From the IMG/VR virus record IMGVR_UViG_3300028588_000802: a DNA stretch of 64,000 nt; one strand, given 5' to 3'. This stretch comes from an uncultured virus (IMG/VR IMGVR_UViG_3300028588_000802). Its lineage: Duplodnaviria > Heunggongvirae > Uroviricota > Caudoviricetes. How positions within the stretch are numbered: the first letter of the stretch is position 1; each line of letters starts with the position of its first letter. A program made the position numbers and the translations under genes. The notes below the pieces were generated by a model that saw nothing but the letters and a program-made list of their open reading frames with translations, searched no databases and was not told the origin of the DNA. Positions 18,535-28,587 of this stretch are shown here, piece after piece.

Positions 18535-19266
18535 ATGAAACTCTTCGACGACAACATGCAACTGGCCCAAGTGGGTAACTTCGGCTTCTCGGGTGTTCGC
18601 CCGGACAAACTGGGGGCGACCGAGTACACCCTGGTCAACTACGTCGGCGACAAGACCGGCAGTCTTCAAGGTTTCGAGCAGGCTCTGCTCGACGCGAAGA
18701 AGGCCGTTGTCGCTGCATGCCAGAAGAGCCCGCGCTCCGAGTTCCTGATGCTGCGCAACACCGAATTCAACACCCGCATCGACGAAGTGCACGGCTTCGC
18801 TCCGCTGGCGTCCATCGACGCGAGCCAGTACCAGGCGCCGTCCTGCGGCGGCCTGACCGCGCTGTACGACGCGACGTATGACGCGGTCGCGGCGACCAAC
18901 GAATACGCCAAAATCCTGTCGGACTCGGACTTCAGCGTGAACGGCATCATCTTCGTCGTGACCGACGGCTGCGAATCGCCACGTGCCTCTGTCCAGACCG
19001 TCAACTCCATCAAAGCGGAAATCGCTCGCGGCGTGCAGAACGAATGGCTCGAGTCGCTGATGGTGGTCCTGGTTGGCGTCAATGCGTCCATGTACAAGGC
19101 CGAACTCGAGAAGTTCCAGATTGGCGCCGGCCTGACCCAATACGTCGACGTCGGCGACGCCACGCCGCAAAAGCTGGCGCAGCTGGCCGATTTCGTCAGC
19201 CGCAGCATCTCGTCGCAGTCGCAATCGCTGGGCACCGGCGGTCCAAGCCAGTCGCTGAATTTCTAA
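18535..19266 (+). CDS. vWA domain protein (TerY-like)
   Basis: MIDAS-like DKTGS, TALYDA, IFVVTDG. Confidence 0.75.
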   Translation: MKLFDDNMQLAQVGNFGFSGVRPDKLGATEYTLVNYVGDKTGSLQGFEQALLDAKKAVVAACQKSPRSEFLMLRNTEFNTRIDEVHGFAPLASIDASQYQAPSCGGLTALYDATYDAVAATNEYAKILSDSDFSVNGIIFVVTDGCESPRASVQTVNSIKAEIARGVQNEWLESLMVVLVGVNASMYKAELEKFQIGAGLTQYVDVGDATPQKLAQLADFVSRSISSQSQSLGTGGPSQSLNF

Positions 19267-19326
19267 GCAGCACAGGGCGCCCTCGGGCGCCTCTCTCGCT
19301 ATCCCTTTCGCTTTCGAGGACTACCC

Positions 19327-20181
19327 ATGCACGCTGACCACTACTTCACCATCGGCACCGACCACATCTCGGCGGGCACGCCCTGTGAGGACTATGCGCT
19401 TTCGGGAACGCTCCGCTCCGGCGCCGTGTTTGGAGTGGTTGCGGATGGCTGCTCGGGAGCAAATGCGAACACTGACGTGGGGGCGCGGGCGATTGCGTGG
19501 GCTTTTCAACGCGCGCTCAGGGAGCGCGAGGCGGAGCCCGGCCAGTGGTTTGACCCTGGCTTCTCCGAGCTACTGCTCGACATATTCAACCATCACCAGT
19601 ACACCGGCTGCGGGCTGGATTACCAAGCTACGGTTGTCGGTGTCGTTGGCACGCCCGAGGCGGCCAGCGTGTACGTGCATGGCGATGGGGCGGTTATCGT
19701 TCGCTACGCCGACGGTGCCCTTCGGCTCATCCAGCTTGCATGGTGGGAGAATGCTCCCTTCTACATCAATTACAAGCTGCATCCTCAGGCATTGGATGAT
19801 TTCATGCTCCGATTCGCCGATGGCGTCATCGAGCCGTTCCTGCAGACCACGACGGCATTTCGGCAGAGCGCGGGCGAGCTCATCATCGACAGCCCGCAGG
19901 TGAAGCGATTTTCGATGTCGGAGCAGTTCGAAGGCCATGTCCTGCAGTTCCGGCCGGCCGAGGAAGGAATTGTCTCCATCGCGGTACTGACTGACGGCAT
20001 CGAAAAGATTGGCACCCTGGCTCCGGTCGCCGTGGCCACCGAGCTGATGGCGTTCAAGAATTTCGAAGGTTCCTTCGTTAAGCGTCGTGTCATGAAGGCA
20101 CTCAAAGAACTTGCGAAGGTCGGAGCGGTCCCGCGTGACGACCTGGCTGTCGCCACCATCCTGTTTCCCGCAAAGGTGTAA
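19327..20181 (+). CDS. PP2C-family phosphatase
   Basis: IGTDH...CEDY, VADGCSG, HGDG, LTDG, DDL. Confidence 0.8.
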   Translation: MHADHYFTIGTDHISAGTPCEDYALSGTLRSGAVFGVVADGCSGANANTDVGARAIAWAFQRALREREAEPGQWFDPGFSELLLDIFNHHQYTGCGLDYQATVVGVVGTPEAASVYVHGDGAVIVRYADGALRLIQLAWWENAPFYINYKLHPQALDDFMLRFADGVIEPFLQTTTAFRQSAGELIIDSPQVKRFSMSEQFEGHVLQFRPAEEGIVSIAVLTDGIEKIGTLAPVAVATELMAFKNFEGSFVKRRVMKALKELAKVGAVPRDDLAVATILFPAKV

Positions 20182-21947
20182 TGATGTCGAGCTCCATCAT
20201 CAAAGTCGTAATGCCCGGTAAGGGCGAAGTTACCCTCCGTCCGACCGACCACCTGGCAACGGGCGGGGAGGGCGCGGTCTACTCAAAGAACAACCTGATT
20301 TTCAAGCTCTTCCTGAACCCGGAGCGAGCACGCGCAAGCGGGATGGCCGACAAAATCAAGCTGCTCGCGCAGATTCGCCACCCTTACATCATCTCGCCTA
20401 TCGACGTGCTGTACGACACGCAGCACCAGGTCATCGGCTATTACATGGCCGAGGCTGACGGCGTTGCACTGATGAAGACGTTCACCAATGGCTGGCGCGA
20501 CCAGAACTCGTTCACCAACAACGAGTCCGTCAAGCTCGTGTCGAATATGCGCGAAGCGGTACTCGCGGCACACGACCTGAAGGCTGTGATGGTCGACGGC
20601 AACGAGACGAATTACCTGGTCAACGGGGTTGAGCCTCGCATCATCGACGTTGACAGCTGGCAAATCGGCAAGCACCCTGCGACCGCCATTATGCCGTCTA
20701 TCCGAGACCACCATGCCAAGGCGTATGATGAGCGTACGGACTGGTTCGCATGGGGTATCGTGAGCTTCCAGGTGTTCACCGGTATCCATCCGTATAAGGG
20801 CACCCATCCCGGATTCAAGAAGGGTGACCTCGAAGCTCGGATGAAAGCCAATGCCTCGGTGTTCGACGCACAGGTGCGCCTAAACGCGGCGGTGCGAGAC
20901 TTCTCCTGCATTCCAGCGCCGTTGCTGGCTTGGTATGAGGGCGTCTTCGCACGTGGTGAGCGCAGCGCCCCACCAAATCCGCTGCTGACCCAAGCGCCCA
21001 CTGCCCTGACGAAGAAGACCCGCGTATTGCATTCTGCCGGCGGTAGCGTACGTCACGACCGCATTCACGGCTTTGGCGGCAAGGTGCGTCACGTCTCAGC
21101 AAATGGCGTTGCCTTCTACCTGGACGGCAAGGCCCTCAAAGCATTTGACCTCTACCGCAAACAAGGTATTCCAGCCCTTTCAGTTGAGGACATTGAGCAG
21201 TTGTTTGCGAACCAGGCAGGCCTGATTCGGCACGGCGACTCGTTCGTTTTCGTCGAAGTGCATGGCGGCTCCCTTCGCGGTAAGGTCGTTCCCGCAGAAC
21301 GGGACCCGGTGCCGGCACAGCCGAGCACGAATGTCCTCCCGTTGGCCACGTCGAAGCTTCTTGTCATCGGAAACCGCTTGTTCGCGATGAATCCGCAGAG
21401 CCCTGACGGACTGGTGGAGCTGAGCCTGTCGACAATGGGCATCCGTACAGCACTGACGGTGAAGACGCCGTGGCCGGTGAACGTGCAATCGACCCGCTTC
21501 TTCGATGGTTTCGGTGTCATGGATTGCCTGGGTGTTCCGTTCCTTGTCACTCCCGAAAACGAATCCTTGGTAATCCAACGCGCGGTCGGCCTTCAGCAGT
21601 ACAAGCTCATCAACGGCTTTAGCCGCGGCACGTCTTATGTGTGGATGCACGGCGTCAACCGTGATGACGGTCAGATTTATCGATTGGAGCTGCGCTCCAA
21701 CGGCAAGGAATACGAGCTGGTGCATACGGAAGTGGTCGACGAGTCTGAGCTGAACGTTGCAGTGTCGCCGAAGGGCGTCGCTGTTGGAATCTTCGAGGAC
21801 GGCCAGGTGACGGTTCAGAACACCCGCGGCACCGGAGGCAAGCAGGTTCCTGACGGCAGCGTCAACAAGGAGATGCACCTCTTCGCGCTTCCTGACGGTG
21901 TGTTCTACTACGCAGGCAACGACGTCTTCCGGATTTCGCTCACCTAA
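20181..21947 (+). CDS. Ser/Thr kinase-domain protein with beta-rich C-terminus
   Basis: GGEGAVY, FKLF, DGNETNYLV, IIDVDSWQ, TDWFA, GIHPY. Confidence 0.8.
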   Translation: MMSSSIIKVVMPGKGEVTLRPTDHLATGGEGAVYSKNNLIFKLFLNPERARASGMADKIKLLAQIRHPYIISPIDVLYDTQHQVIGYYMAEADGVALMKTFTNGWRDQNSFTNNESVKLVSNMREAVLAAHDLKAVMVDGNETNYLVNGVEPRIIDVDSWQIGKHPATAIMPSIRDHHAKAYDERTDWFAWGIVSFQVFTGIHPYKGTHPGFKKGDLEARMKANASVFDAQVRLNAAVRDFSCIPAPLLAWYEGVFARGERSAPPNPLLTQAPTALTKKTRVLHSAGGSVRHDRIHGFGGKVRHVSANGVAFYLDGKALKAFDLYRKQGIPALSVEDIEQLFANQAGLIRHGDSFVFVEVHGGSLRGKVVPAERDPVPAQPSTNVLPLATSKLLVIGNRLFAMNPQSPDGLVELSLSTMGIRTALTVKTPWPVNVQSTRFFDGFGVMDCLGVPFLVTPENESLVIQRAVGLQQYKLINGFSRGTSYVWMHGVNRDDGQIYRLELRSNGKEYELVHTEVVDESELNVAVSPKGVAVGIFEDGQVTVQNTRGTGGKQVPDGSVNKEMHLFALPDGVFYYAGNDVFRISLT

Positions 21948-22005
21948 CCATGAAGGCCCGGCTCCGCTCACCAAAGCTCCGGGGCTACCAACTCTGAGGC
22001 AGACG

Positions 22006-22383
22006 ATGCAAGAATACTACTCTTCGAAACAAGCGCACGAACACGCAGAAGCCTGGTGCGCTAAGCACCCGGCATGGCTTCAAATCCATGAGGTGGCTGA
22101 CACGGACCAGTACTATGTGCAGTGGTCGGAGCTCAGCGCCGCGCAGAAAAAATACTGGGAGTCCGAGTACGGCTACAATGAATTTGCGACCAAGGCGCGC
22201 AAAATCCCTATGGGCTTCATCACAGGGAAGGGCGAGTTTTTCGAGGACGTGTGCGCTGTTCCTTTTGGCCACAACCTGATGATGGTTCTGAAGGTAGGCG
22301 TTGTCGTTGCGCGTGAGATTCGAGCTGGCGCCGCCGTAGTTGCGGCCCGACCTGTCGGCAGGCCGAGCAGTGCTATCGGCTAG
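22006..22383 (+). CDS. hypothetical protein
   Basis: ORF starting MQEYY after GAGG. Confidence 0.5.
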   Translation: MQEYYSSKQAHEHAEAWCAKHPAWLQIHEVADTDQYYVQWSELSAAQKKYWESEYGYNEFATKARKIPMGFITGKGEFFEDVCAVPFGHNLMMVLKVGVVVAREIRAGAAVVAARPVGRPSSAIG

Positions 22384-22491
22384 TGTCACGGGTGTTGAGC
22401 ATGAGTGGTCGCTCCCGGCCACTACCTGTGACATTGACACCCCGCCGGCAACGGTGAGGTATCTGGATTACGGTGTGAAAGAGCCGCGGCT

Positions 22492-22719
22492 TCAAAGCCC
22501 AGAAGATGGTTGGACAGCCGGCTCTAACGAGTCATCTCTGCGCCACCATTGCCACCAAGTCGGGGATTGCCACCCTTGCTTGCTGGCCGCCTCTTTGCAG
22601 CGTTTTACAGCCTCTTCTTGCTCTGGAGCCGAAGCGAAGATGTAGTCGTGCTTACTAAAGGGGGTTCGTGTGACGCGAATGAATGCGTCATACTTGTTGT
22701 TGGAGGGTGCAAATGACAT
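22492..22719 (-). CDS. small hypothetical protein
   Basis: 75-aa ORF with a Trp-rich tail. Confidence 0.4.
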   Translation of the reverse strand: MSFAPSNNKYDAFIRVTRTPFSKHDYIFASAPEQEEAVKRCKEAASKQGWQSPTWWQWWRRDDSLEPAVQPSSGL

Positions 22720-23307
22720 AGTCGCGTCGCAGCTTTACAGTTGTTGGACAGTGATTGCCTTTCTCCACACGATAATCTGCAGAGCCCAAGTTGCTGAGGT
22801 CGGACACGGCGCCCGCTCTGACGGCTAATCCGTCTCGAGTACCAGCCTGGACGAGTCCAGCGCCAGCTCCACGTATCAGACGCATCCCTTTCAGGCATGC
22901 GACTACGTCCCCGCACATGTGGATAGCGATTAGGTCGAATTTCGCACCACTTTGTCTTCGGCGACCTCAGCTTCCAATCTAGCGAGGTCGGTTATATGCA
23001 AAAGTGCACAATATGTCCAGCACAAATTGACGAGCTTGGGTTTTTAATATAGCATGGCTATATATTAATAATTCGTCGAACCATGTCACGCTCTGAGCTT
23101 ATTATTGAGACCCCCTCGGCCCCGAGCTCGCGCGAAGAAGCCGCGGCATATTCGAGGTTCAAAGCCCGCAAGCCGGGCGAGCAGACTTGGGGCAAGGTAG
23201 CTACGCCCGCCATGTGTGCCTTGACGGGGAAGCTCTGCCGGGCGCAGGCGAATACGCTGACGTCGAGAATGGTAAGCTCGTCGTTCGACAACACAACTGA
23301 GGGCAAT

Positions 23308-23604
23308 ATGTCACGTCTTACGTTCACACGCTGCCTCCAGGAAGCCACCGGCAACCTCGAGTTCGTCGACAACTTCACCCGGTTGACGGGCATTCGCCTG
23401 CTGCCAGTTCCAGCCAGTACCCCGCTCGAACGGCTTATCGACAAAACCGTCGGCTACGGCGAGGTGGGTGAGAACGAACTGGCCGGCTTCCGGCAGTTCG
23501 CGCTTTTTGTGAAAGACACCATCTGGGACCGACTGCCGGCCGAGGTTCGCGACCTCAAGGGTTGGGTCATCCCCGGCCATTTCGTACATCCACAAATCCA
23601 ATAA
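23308..23604 (+). CDS. hypothetical protein
   Basis: ORF MSRLTF after GAGGG; upstream extension to 23083 uncertain. Confidence 0.5.
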   Translation: MSRLTFTRCLQEATGNLEFVDNFTRLTGIRLLPVPASTPLERLIDKTVGYGEVGENELAGFRQFALFVKDTIWDRLPAEVRDLKGWVIPGHFVHPQIQ

Positions 23605-23625
23605 CAAACCGCTCAAGGGACCTGC

Positions 23626-24642
23626 ATGCAATCGACTACCGCTCCGCACCTCAACTCTGGCATTTTCGCAAAGCCGGCCATCTACGAAACTCCGATGCCC
23701 GTCATCATCGCCACGCACAATGGCTCGTTCCACGCGGACGACGTCATCGGGGTCGCCATCCTGCAGCTGGTTTTCCCGAACCACCATATCATCCGCACCC
23801 GCGATGCCGAACAGATTGCGAAGGCGAACTTCGCCGTCGATGTCGGTGGCCAATGGGACGCCACGCTGGGCCGCTTTGACCACCACCAGAAGGGGTTCGA
23901 GGGCGCTCGCCAGTCCGGTGTCGTGTACGCCAGCGCCGGCCTCGTATGGGCCGCCTATGGTACGCATTGCCTGGCGCCGTGGGCGAAGTACCTCAACGAG
24001 CAGAACGTGGCGGACATCGCCAATGCCATCGACGACGAGCTGATGCAACATCTCGACATGGCCGATACCGGTGCCAGCAAGGGCGCGCCAGGCATCTTCG
24101 GGCTGTCTGCACTGCTCTCGCAGTACAACTCGACCTGGTTCGAAGAGAACTGCATGGAGAAGGAGGAGCGAGAAGCACTCAAGCTCGAACGCTTCCTCGA
24201 AGCCGTGGGCGTCGCGCGCCGGCTCCTGCAGCACATCTTGGCCGACAAGGTGAGCGAAGCGACGGCTGCCAACCTGGTGCGCAACTCGCAGCGACTGATG
24301 GACGGCAAAGTCCTGCTGCTGGGCGATTCGGGCATGCCTTGGTACAAGGTGGTCTGCAATGAAATGCCCGAGGTCCTGTTCGTGCTGTATCCGGACTCGA
24401 CTGACGGCCAGTATCAAATCCGCACGGTTCCCGTGGAGCCGGAGTCGTTCGTTGCACGTGCTGACCTGCCCGAGGCCTGGGCTGGCCTGCGCGGGAAGGA
24501 CCTGGCGGACGTAACCGGCGTTCCCGATGCCGTGTTCTGCCACAATGGGTGCTTCATCGGCGGGGCGGCTAGTTTGGCGGGTGCTCAGGCGCTCGCAGCG
24601 CTGGCGCTCAAGGAGCTCGGAGTCACTCCAGCGGAGGCATGA
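23626..24642 (+). CDS. MYG1-family (DHH) exonuclease
   Basis: THNGSFHADD, IIRTRD, DVGG, RFDHHQ, LPEAWAGL, FCHNGCFIG. Confidence 0.9.
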   Translation: MQSTTAPHLNSGIFAKPAIYETPMPVIIATHNGSFHADDVIGVAILQLVFPNHHIIRTRDAEQIAKANFAVDVGGQWDATLGRFDHHQKGFEGARQSGVVYASAGLVWAAYGTHCLAPWAKYLNEQNVADIANAIDDELMQHLDMADTGASKGAPGIFGLSALLSQYNSTWFEENCMEKEEREALKLERFLEAVGVARRLLQHILADKVSEATAANLVRNSQRLMDGKVLLLGDSGMPWYKVVCNEMPEVLFVLYPDSTDGQYQIRTVPVEPESFVARADLPEAWAGLRGKDLADVTGVPDAVFCHNGCFIGGAASLAGAQALAALALKELGVTPAEA

Positions 24643-25031
24643 TGAGCAAGCTCGCAGAATACATTCTGGCGCACACTACGATGGCGCCGGCGGGACAGAA
24701 CCCACAGGCGGCAAACCTGGTGTTCTTCGACGTCGTCGCGGGGCCGGGCGCCAGCGGGGCGGAACTGCGCGAGCTGCTCACGGCAAGCACGGACAGCTAC
24801 CCAACCACGATGCTCTTCGACGGCGACGAGCACAGCTACATCGAAATCGGCGGCTGGCTCGGCAGCCAGCAGCTGGCGCTTCGCCTGATGGGCCTTGGCA
24901 CCTTGCTCGAGGTGTGGCAGCTGCTGTCGCCTCGTACCATGCTGGGCAACGACATCCCAGCAGAAACTGAGCGGAAGATGGCCGAGATGGGCTTGCTGTC
25001 AATCCAGGCGCGAGTGCCGGCCGCAGCCTAA
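24639..25031 (+). CDS. hypothetical protein
   Basis: overlaps the MYG1 stop (coupled translation). Confidence 0.65.
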   Translation: MMSKLAEYILAHTTMAPAGQNPQAANLVFFDVVAGPGASGAELRELLTASTDSYPTTMLFDGDEHSYIEIGGWLGSQQLALRLMGLGTLLEVWQLLSPRTMLGNDIPAETERKMAEMGLLSIQARVPAAA

Positions 25032-25134
25032 GTACCTTCGTCACGTGATTAGCCCCGCCGCCGAGAGGTCGCGGGGTTTTTCGTTTGGGGTTGCTGCCTA
25101 CACTGCTCAGGACAACTCTTTTTAAGGATTCACC

Positions 25135-25512
25135 ATGCCTCGTTCCATCCGCAGTCAAGCAGTCGAGAAGTACGTCGTTCGTCACAACGGTCGCGGTATC
25201 CACGTCTACCAGATGCCGGTGCCAGGCCTGCATGCACAGCTGCTGTCGCAAGAAGTGCTGGCGCTGGCAGCCGAGCGTGCGTACAAGCGGGGCTGGCGCA
25301 AAATCGTGCTGACCTGGGCCGACATGCCATGCAGCACGTGTTTCGAGACGGGCTATGCCTACCTGCTGGCGCTCAATTGCGCGATGGCGCGCGAAGCTGA
25401 CTCGCACTACCGCATTAGCGAAGAACTGTGCCGTATCGGCCGTGACGGCGATGTCTTCAATCCGCCGCCGGCGAGTGAATCGTTTTACGACTACGAGCGC
25501 GACTACCTGTGA
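25135..25512 (+). CDS. hypothetical protein
   Basis: motif CCTACAC-TGCTC-AGGACAACT at 25097-25117 and AAGGA RBS. Confidence 0.65.
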   Translation: MPRSIRSQAVEKYVVRHNGRGIHVYQMPVPGLHAQLLSQEVLALAAERAYKRGWRKIVLTWADMPCSTCFETGYAYLLALNCAMAREADSHYRISEELCRIGRDGDVFNPPPASESFYDYERDYL

Positions 25513-25598
25513 CAGGCCGCGCATCTGTTCAAATCCCGCCTCGTGCGGGATTTTCTTTGGGCGAAAAAAAGGCCGCGGAGTTACCCGGGCCTTCGAAA

Positions 25599-26291
25599 TC
25601 AATCAATTTTTCGCAAATACCACTTGCCTGTTGCATCGTTCAGGTCTTCGCGAAAACTCGGATGGTTCAACTGGTCAAACCCTTGGCGGCCAACTCGCGA
25701 GTGCATGTTGATACCCATGACACGACGCACCTTCTTTCCGATTAGAAGGTCTTGTGAGAGGAACGTCCCTGTTTCGTACTCGAACGTGTCCTCGTCAAAG
25801 ACCTTGGAGCCGCGAGCCACTACTCCATGGGGCATGGCCGAGTCGAAAAGCACTACCGTCCCGTAGACCAGTGGGATGCGCTTGTCCAGATGAGGGAAGT
25901 ACAAGTCCCATTTGGCATCTTCGCTTAGCCACAACACGCAGAATACTTCCTTCGTGTACGAATCCGCATCATGGTGAAACCGGGCGCCGGTGCAGGCTAA
26001 CGCCACGGCCGCCTGCTTACGCGGAACGTTGCTCAGTCCTTGTTGGCTCAGCCAGTCGTCCATCGCTTTTTGCAGTGCGGGAGGCGCCAGGTGCGGGTGC
26101 TGCCCCAGATTGCAGACCTCGCCTACGCAGGTCATCGCGAACTTGCCGATGACTTCTGACCATTCGTCGCATTCCTCCAAAGTTGGAGGTGCAACGGGTA
26201 ACACGTCGGCCAGGACGATGTTGGAGATTGAGCGACACCCTCCACCGGTCATCCGGACTAACGTAGTCTCCGGTTTAATCTCTTTCCACAT
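25599..26291 (-). CDS. 2OG-Fe(II) dioxygenase-like protein, paralogue 1
   Basis: FHHD...L.FP.LD...GTVVLFD..MPHGV (HxD...H triad); paralogue at 57156. Confidence 0.6.
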   Translation of the reverse strand: MWKEIKPETTLVRMTGGGCRSISNIVLADVLPVAPPTLEECDEWSEVIGKFAMTCVGEVCNLGQHPHLAPPALQKAMDDWLSQQGLSNVPRKQAAVALACTGARFHHDADSYTKEVFCVLWLSEDAKWDLYFPHLDKRIPLVYGTVVLFDSAMPHGVVARGSKVFDEDTFEYETGTFLSQDLLIGKKVRRVMGINMHSRVGRQGFDQLNHPSFREDLNDATGKWYLRKID

Positions 26292-26348
26292 ACTGCTACT
26301 CCCAAAAAATGTCCTACTTGGTGTAGCGACCGCAGGACAAGTTCCGGA

Positions 26349-26723
26349 TTACGCGCAGCGGGCGAGTAGTCGTGGCCACATCGCGGATTCCGCATCGTCA
26401 TCGGAGTCGCAGCCACGGCCTACGCCCAAAGCCTTCGCTAGGCCGGTCGACAACTGCCGACCGGCCTCGAGGTCGGGAGCATCGTCTAAGACTGGCACAT
26501 CCTGGTCGGGATGCGCTGCTTTAAAGATGTACCCGAGAGGGTTGCGCACCAGTCCACAGACCGTTCGGCCATCCCGGGCTTCCAGCGCCACGCAGGGGCC
26601 CTCAGAGCAGTTCAGGAACTCCTGGGCTAGCTGGCAAGGCTGCACGGTGCAGCAATAGCCGCAGCCGTTGCAGGGCTCGCCGAAGCGGGGTTTTGGAAGC
26701 GTCGATTGCGTGTTCATGTTCAT
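26349..26723 (-). CDS. cysteine-cluster (Fe-S/Zn) protein
   Basis: PCNGCGYCC...PC...GPC...CGL. Confidence 0.6.
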   Translation of the reverse strand: MNMNTQSTLPKPRFGEPCNGCGYCCTVQPCQLAQEFLNCSEGPCVALEARDGRTVCGLVRNPLGYIFKAAHPDQDVPVLDDAPDLEAGRQLSTGLAKALGVGRGCDSDDDAESAMWPRLLARCA

Positions 26724-26768
26724 AAGTATGGCCTATTGAGAAAACGGACCCGAGGGCCCGTTTGTAAA

Positions 26769-27374
26769 TTACGCTTGCTGAACAGTGAAGTCCATCACAT
26801 CGACGAGGTGCAGACTCAGGTGGCACCGGAACTGCTCGGCAGTGCCGGGATTGCCGACGAACATCCGTTTAGCTGGGTCTTCGACCTTGAACGTCGTGAC
26901 CTGCCTGTGAGAGCCAAAGGCAAAGCCTGGCGCTGGCACCGTGAACACGACACCTGGGCGCAGAGCTGCCTTACGAGCCCAGTGCTGCGCACAGCGTTCG
27001 CGCCACACACGGGTGAGGTGCTTCTCCCGCGCAGCATAGGGCAGTTCGTCCACCGGCGTGAGCTTCTTGAGCAGCCGCTCAGGCATAAATGCCACGCACG
27101 GCTCCTCCGATTCATCACGGAACCGGTAGTGCCCCTGGCCCTTGATGGTTTCAACGACCACCACAAAGCCGGTGCAGATGGCTTTGCCCGTGGCGCGGTT
27201 CGTGGCCTGCAGGACGCCATAGGCGCCTTCGCGGCCGTTCACCATCTGCAGGATGTGATAGTCAACGCCCTGTTCTTCGTTGGCCCACTTCGAGCCAGCG
27301 TAGTACGACGAGACCCTGCGCAGAAAAGCGATGTTGCTCTCGCCGGAGCGCTTATCAACTACTGAGTAACCCAT
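26769..27374 (-). CDS. hypothetical protein
   Basis: 201-aa ORF with GGAGG RBS; motif at 27411-27431. Confidence 0.7.
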   Translation of the reverse strand: MGYSVVDKRSGESNIAFLRRVSSYYAGSKWANEEQGVDYHILQMVNGREGAYGVLQATNRATGKAICTGFVVVVETIKGQGHYRFRDESEEPCVAFMPERLLKKLTPVDELPYAAREKHLTRVWRERCAQHWARKAALRPGVVFTVPAPGFAFGSHRQVTTFKVEDPAKRMFVGNPGTAEQFRCHLSLHLVDVMDFTVQQA

Positions 27375-27451
27375 GTGTATCCTCCAATATCGAGCAAAGC
27401 GGAAGCTCTGCGTTGTCCTGAGAGGTATAGGTAGCGCCGGCGCTGCGCGGG

Positions 27452-27673
27452 TCAGTAAATCTGCTTAGCGCGGTCCAGGCCGGCCTGGTTGACGCGATAG
27501 CGTTTGTCGGTCTCCATGTCGATGAATCCCTTCTTCACCAGGCGCATGAGAGTTCGAGCATCTGTCGCGGACAATTCGGACACAGGCGTACTGCACACAG
27601 GAAGCATCATGCGGACATCGGACACCAGCGTAACGAGAAGGGCGCTCTCGGCGGCGCTTAGCTGCACAGGCAT
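27452..27673 (-). CDS. small wHTH-like protein
   Basis: RTLMRLVKKGFI...YRVNQAG pattern. Confidence 0.45.
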   Translation of the reverse strand: MPVQLSAAESALLVTLVSDVRMMLPVCSTPVSELSATDARTLMRLVKKGFIDMETDKRYRVNQAGLDRAKQIY

Positions 27674-28017
27674 GCGACCTCCGCTGCGGGCAGGATGGCT
27701 TGCTCCGCCGAGGCGGCCAGTTGCAGTTCGCCCGATTCAGCTGCCGGAGCCAAAGCCGGCATGGCGTCGATGCTGAGTAGGGCCGTCAGGCCTTGAAGCA
27801 TCCCACCGAGCAGGGCGCCATAGGCCATGCCGTCCGAGCTCAGGGCCTTAACCCGGGTGACCAGGGCTTGTGCTTGGCTGACGGGCAGTGTGTGTGGCAC
27901 CTCTTCAGATAGCATCGAGGCTAGAAGCTCTCGGTGGAAGTTGTCGAGGGTGACCAGGTTACCGGTACGGAAGAGTTGGAAAGACATGACGTAGGGTAGT
28001 GAATCGAATTGCGGCAT
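27658..28017 (-). CDS. hypothetical protein
   Basis: ORF overlapping the next gene; start uncertain. Confidence 0.45.
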   Translation of the reverse strand: MPQFDSLPYVMSFQLFRTGNLVTLDNFHRELLASMLSEEVPHTLPVSQAQALVTRVKALSSDGMAYGALLGGMLQGLTALLSIDAMPALAPAAESGELQLAASAEQAILPAAEVACLCS

Positions 28018-28222
28018 TTTAACACAACTAACGCTATATTGTTCGACAAACAACAATGAAGGCGTTTAATGTGGCGGCGCTACACCGTTCGTCCGAACAA
28101 CTTCAACCCCCAGTAGTTACTTCTAGGAAGAAGTGGTTTACAGCCCTGTTAACAAACAGGAAACGCAGCCTCTAGCTGGCACAAAGAAAAACACCTTCCG
28201 GGGAGGAAGGTGTTCGGAACCA

Positions 28223-28504
28223 TCATTGAATGGCAAGTGCTTGCGGGAACAAGCGCATGGTTGCTTTCGCCTTGTGGAGGATACCGGTGAGGGTTTCATC
28301 CAGGCGGTAGCCTTTGGTAATTTCTGCTTCGAGAGCCTGTACTACCAGAGGCGCACCTTTCGGCAGAGCTGCTTGCAGGGTGATGAAACTGATGAACTGC
28401 GCGTCACCCACGTTGTTGGCGCGACGGACTGGAGCGCTTTGGAGGGCACTGACAATACGGCTGCTATGGGCGTTGGCAAGGGTTCTCATGAATCTGTCCT
28501 TCAT
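28223..28504 (-). CDS. hypothetical protein
   Basis: motif at 28510-28530 upstream, hairpin terminator downstream. Confidence 0.55.
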   Translation of the reverse strand: MKDRFMRTLANAHSSRIVSALQSAPVRRANNVGDAQFISFITLQAALPKGAPLVVQALEAEITKGYRLDETLTGILHKAKATMRLFPQALAIQ

Positions 28505-28587
28505 TCAAAAATGGGCCTATCCCGTATAGCGAGCACATTGGGCTCGCTACACAAGGCAGACCCAATTAAATGCCGAGGAGGAATATC

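Noticed and set aside
28075..28215. Partial promoter motif followed by a non-coding stretch as an sRNA
   Set aside because: The AGG box is missing, and the hairpin's U-tract points to the minus-strand gene; evidence is insufficient.
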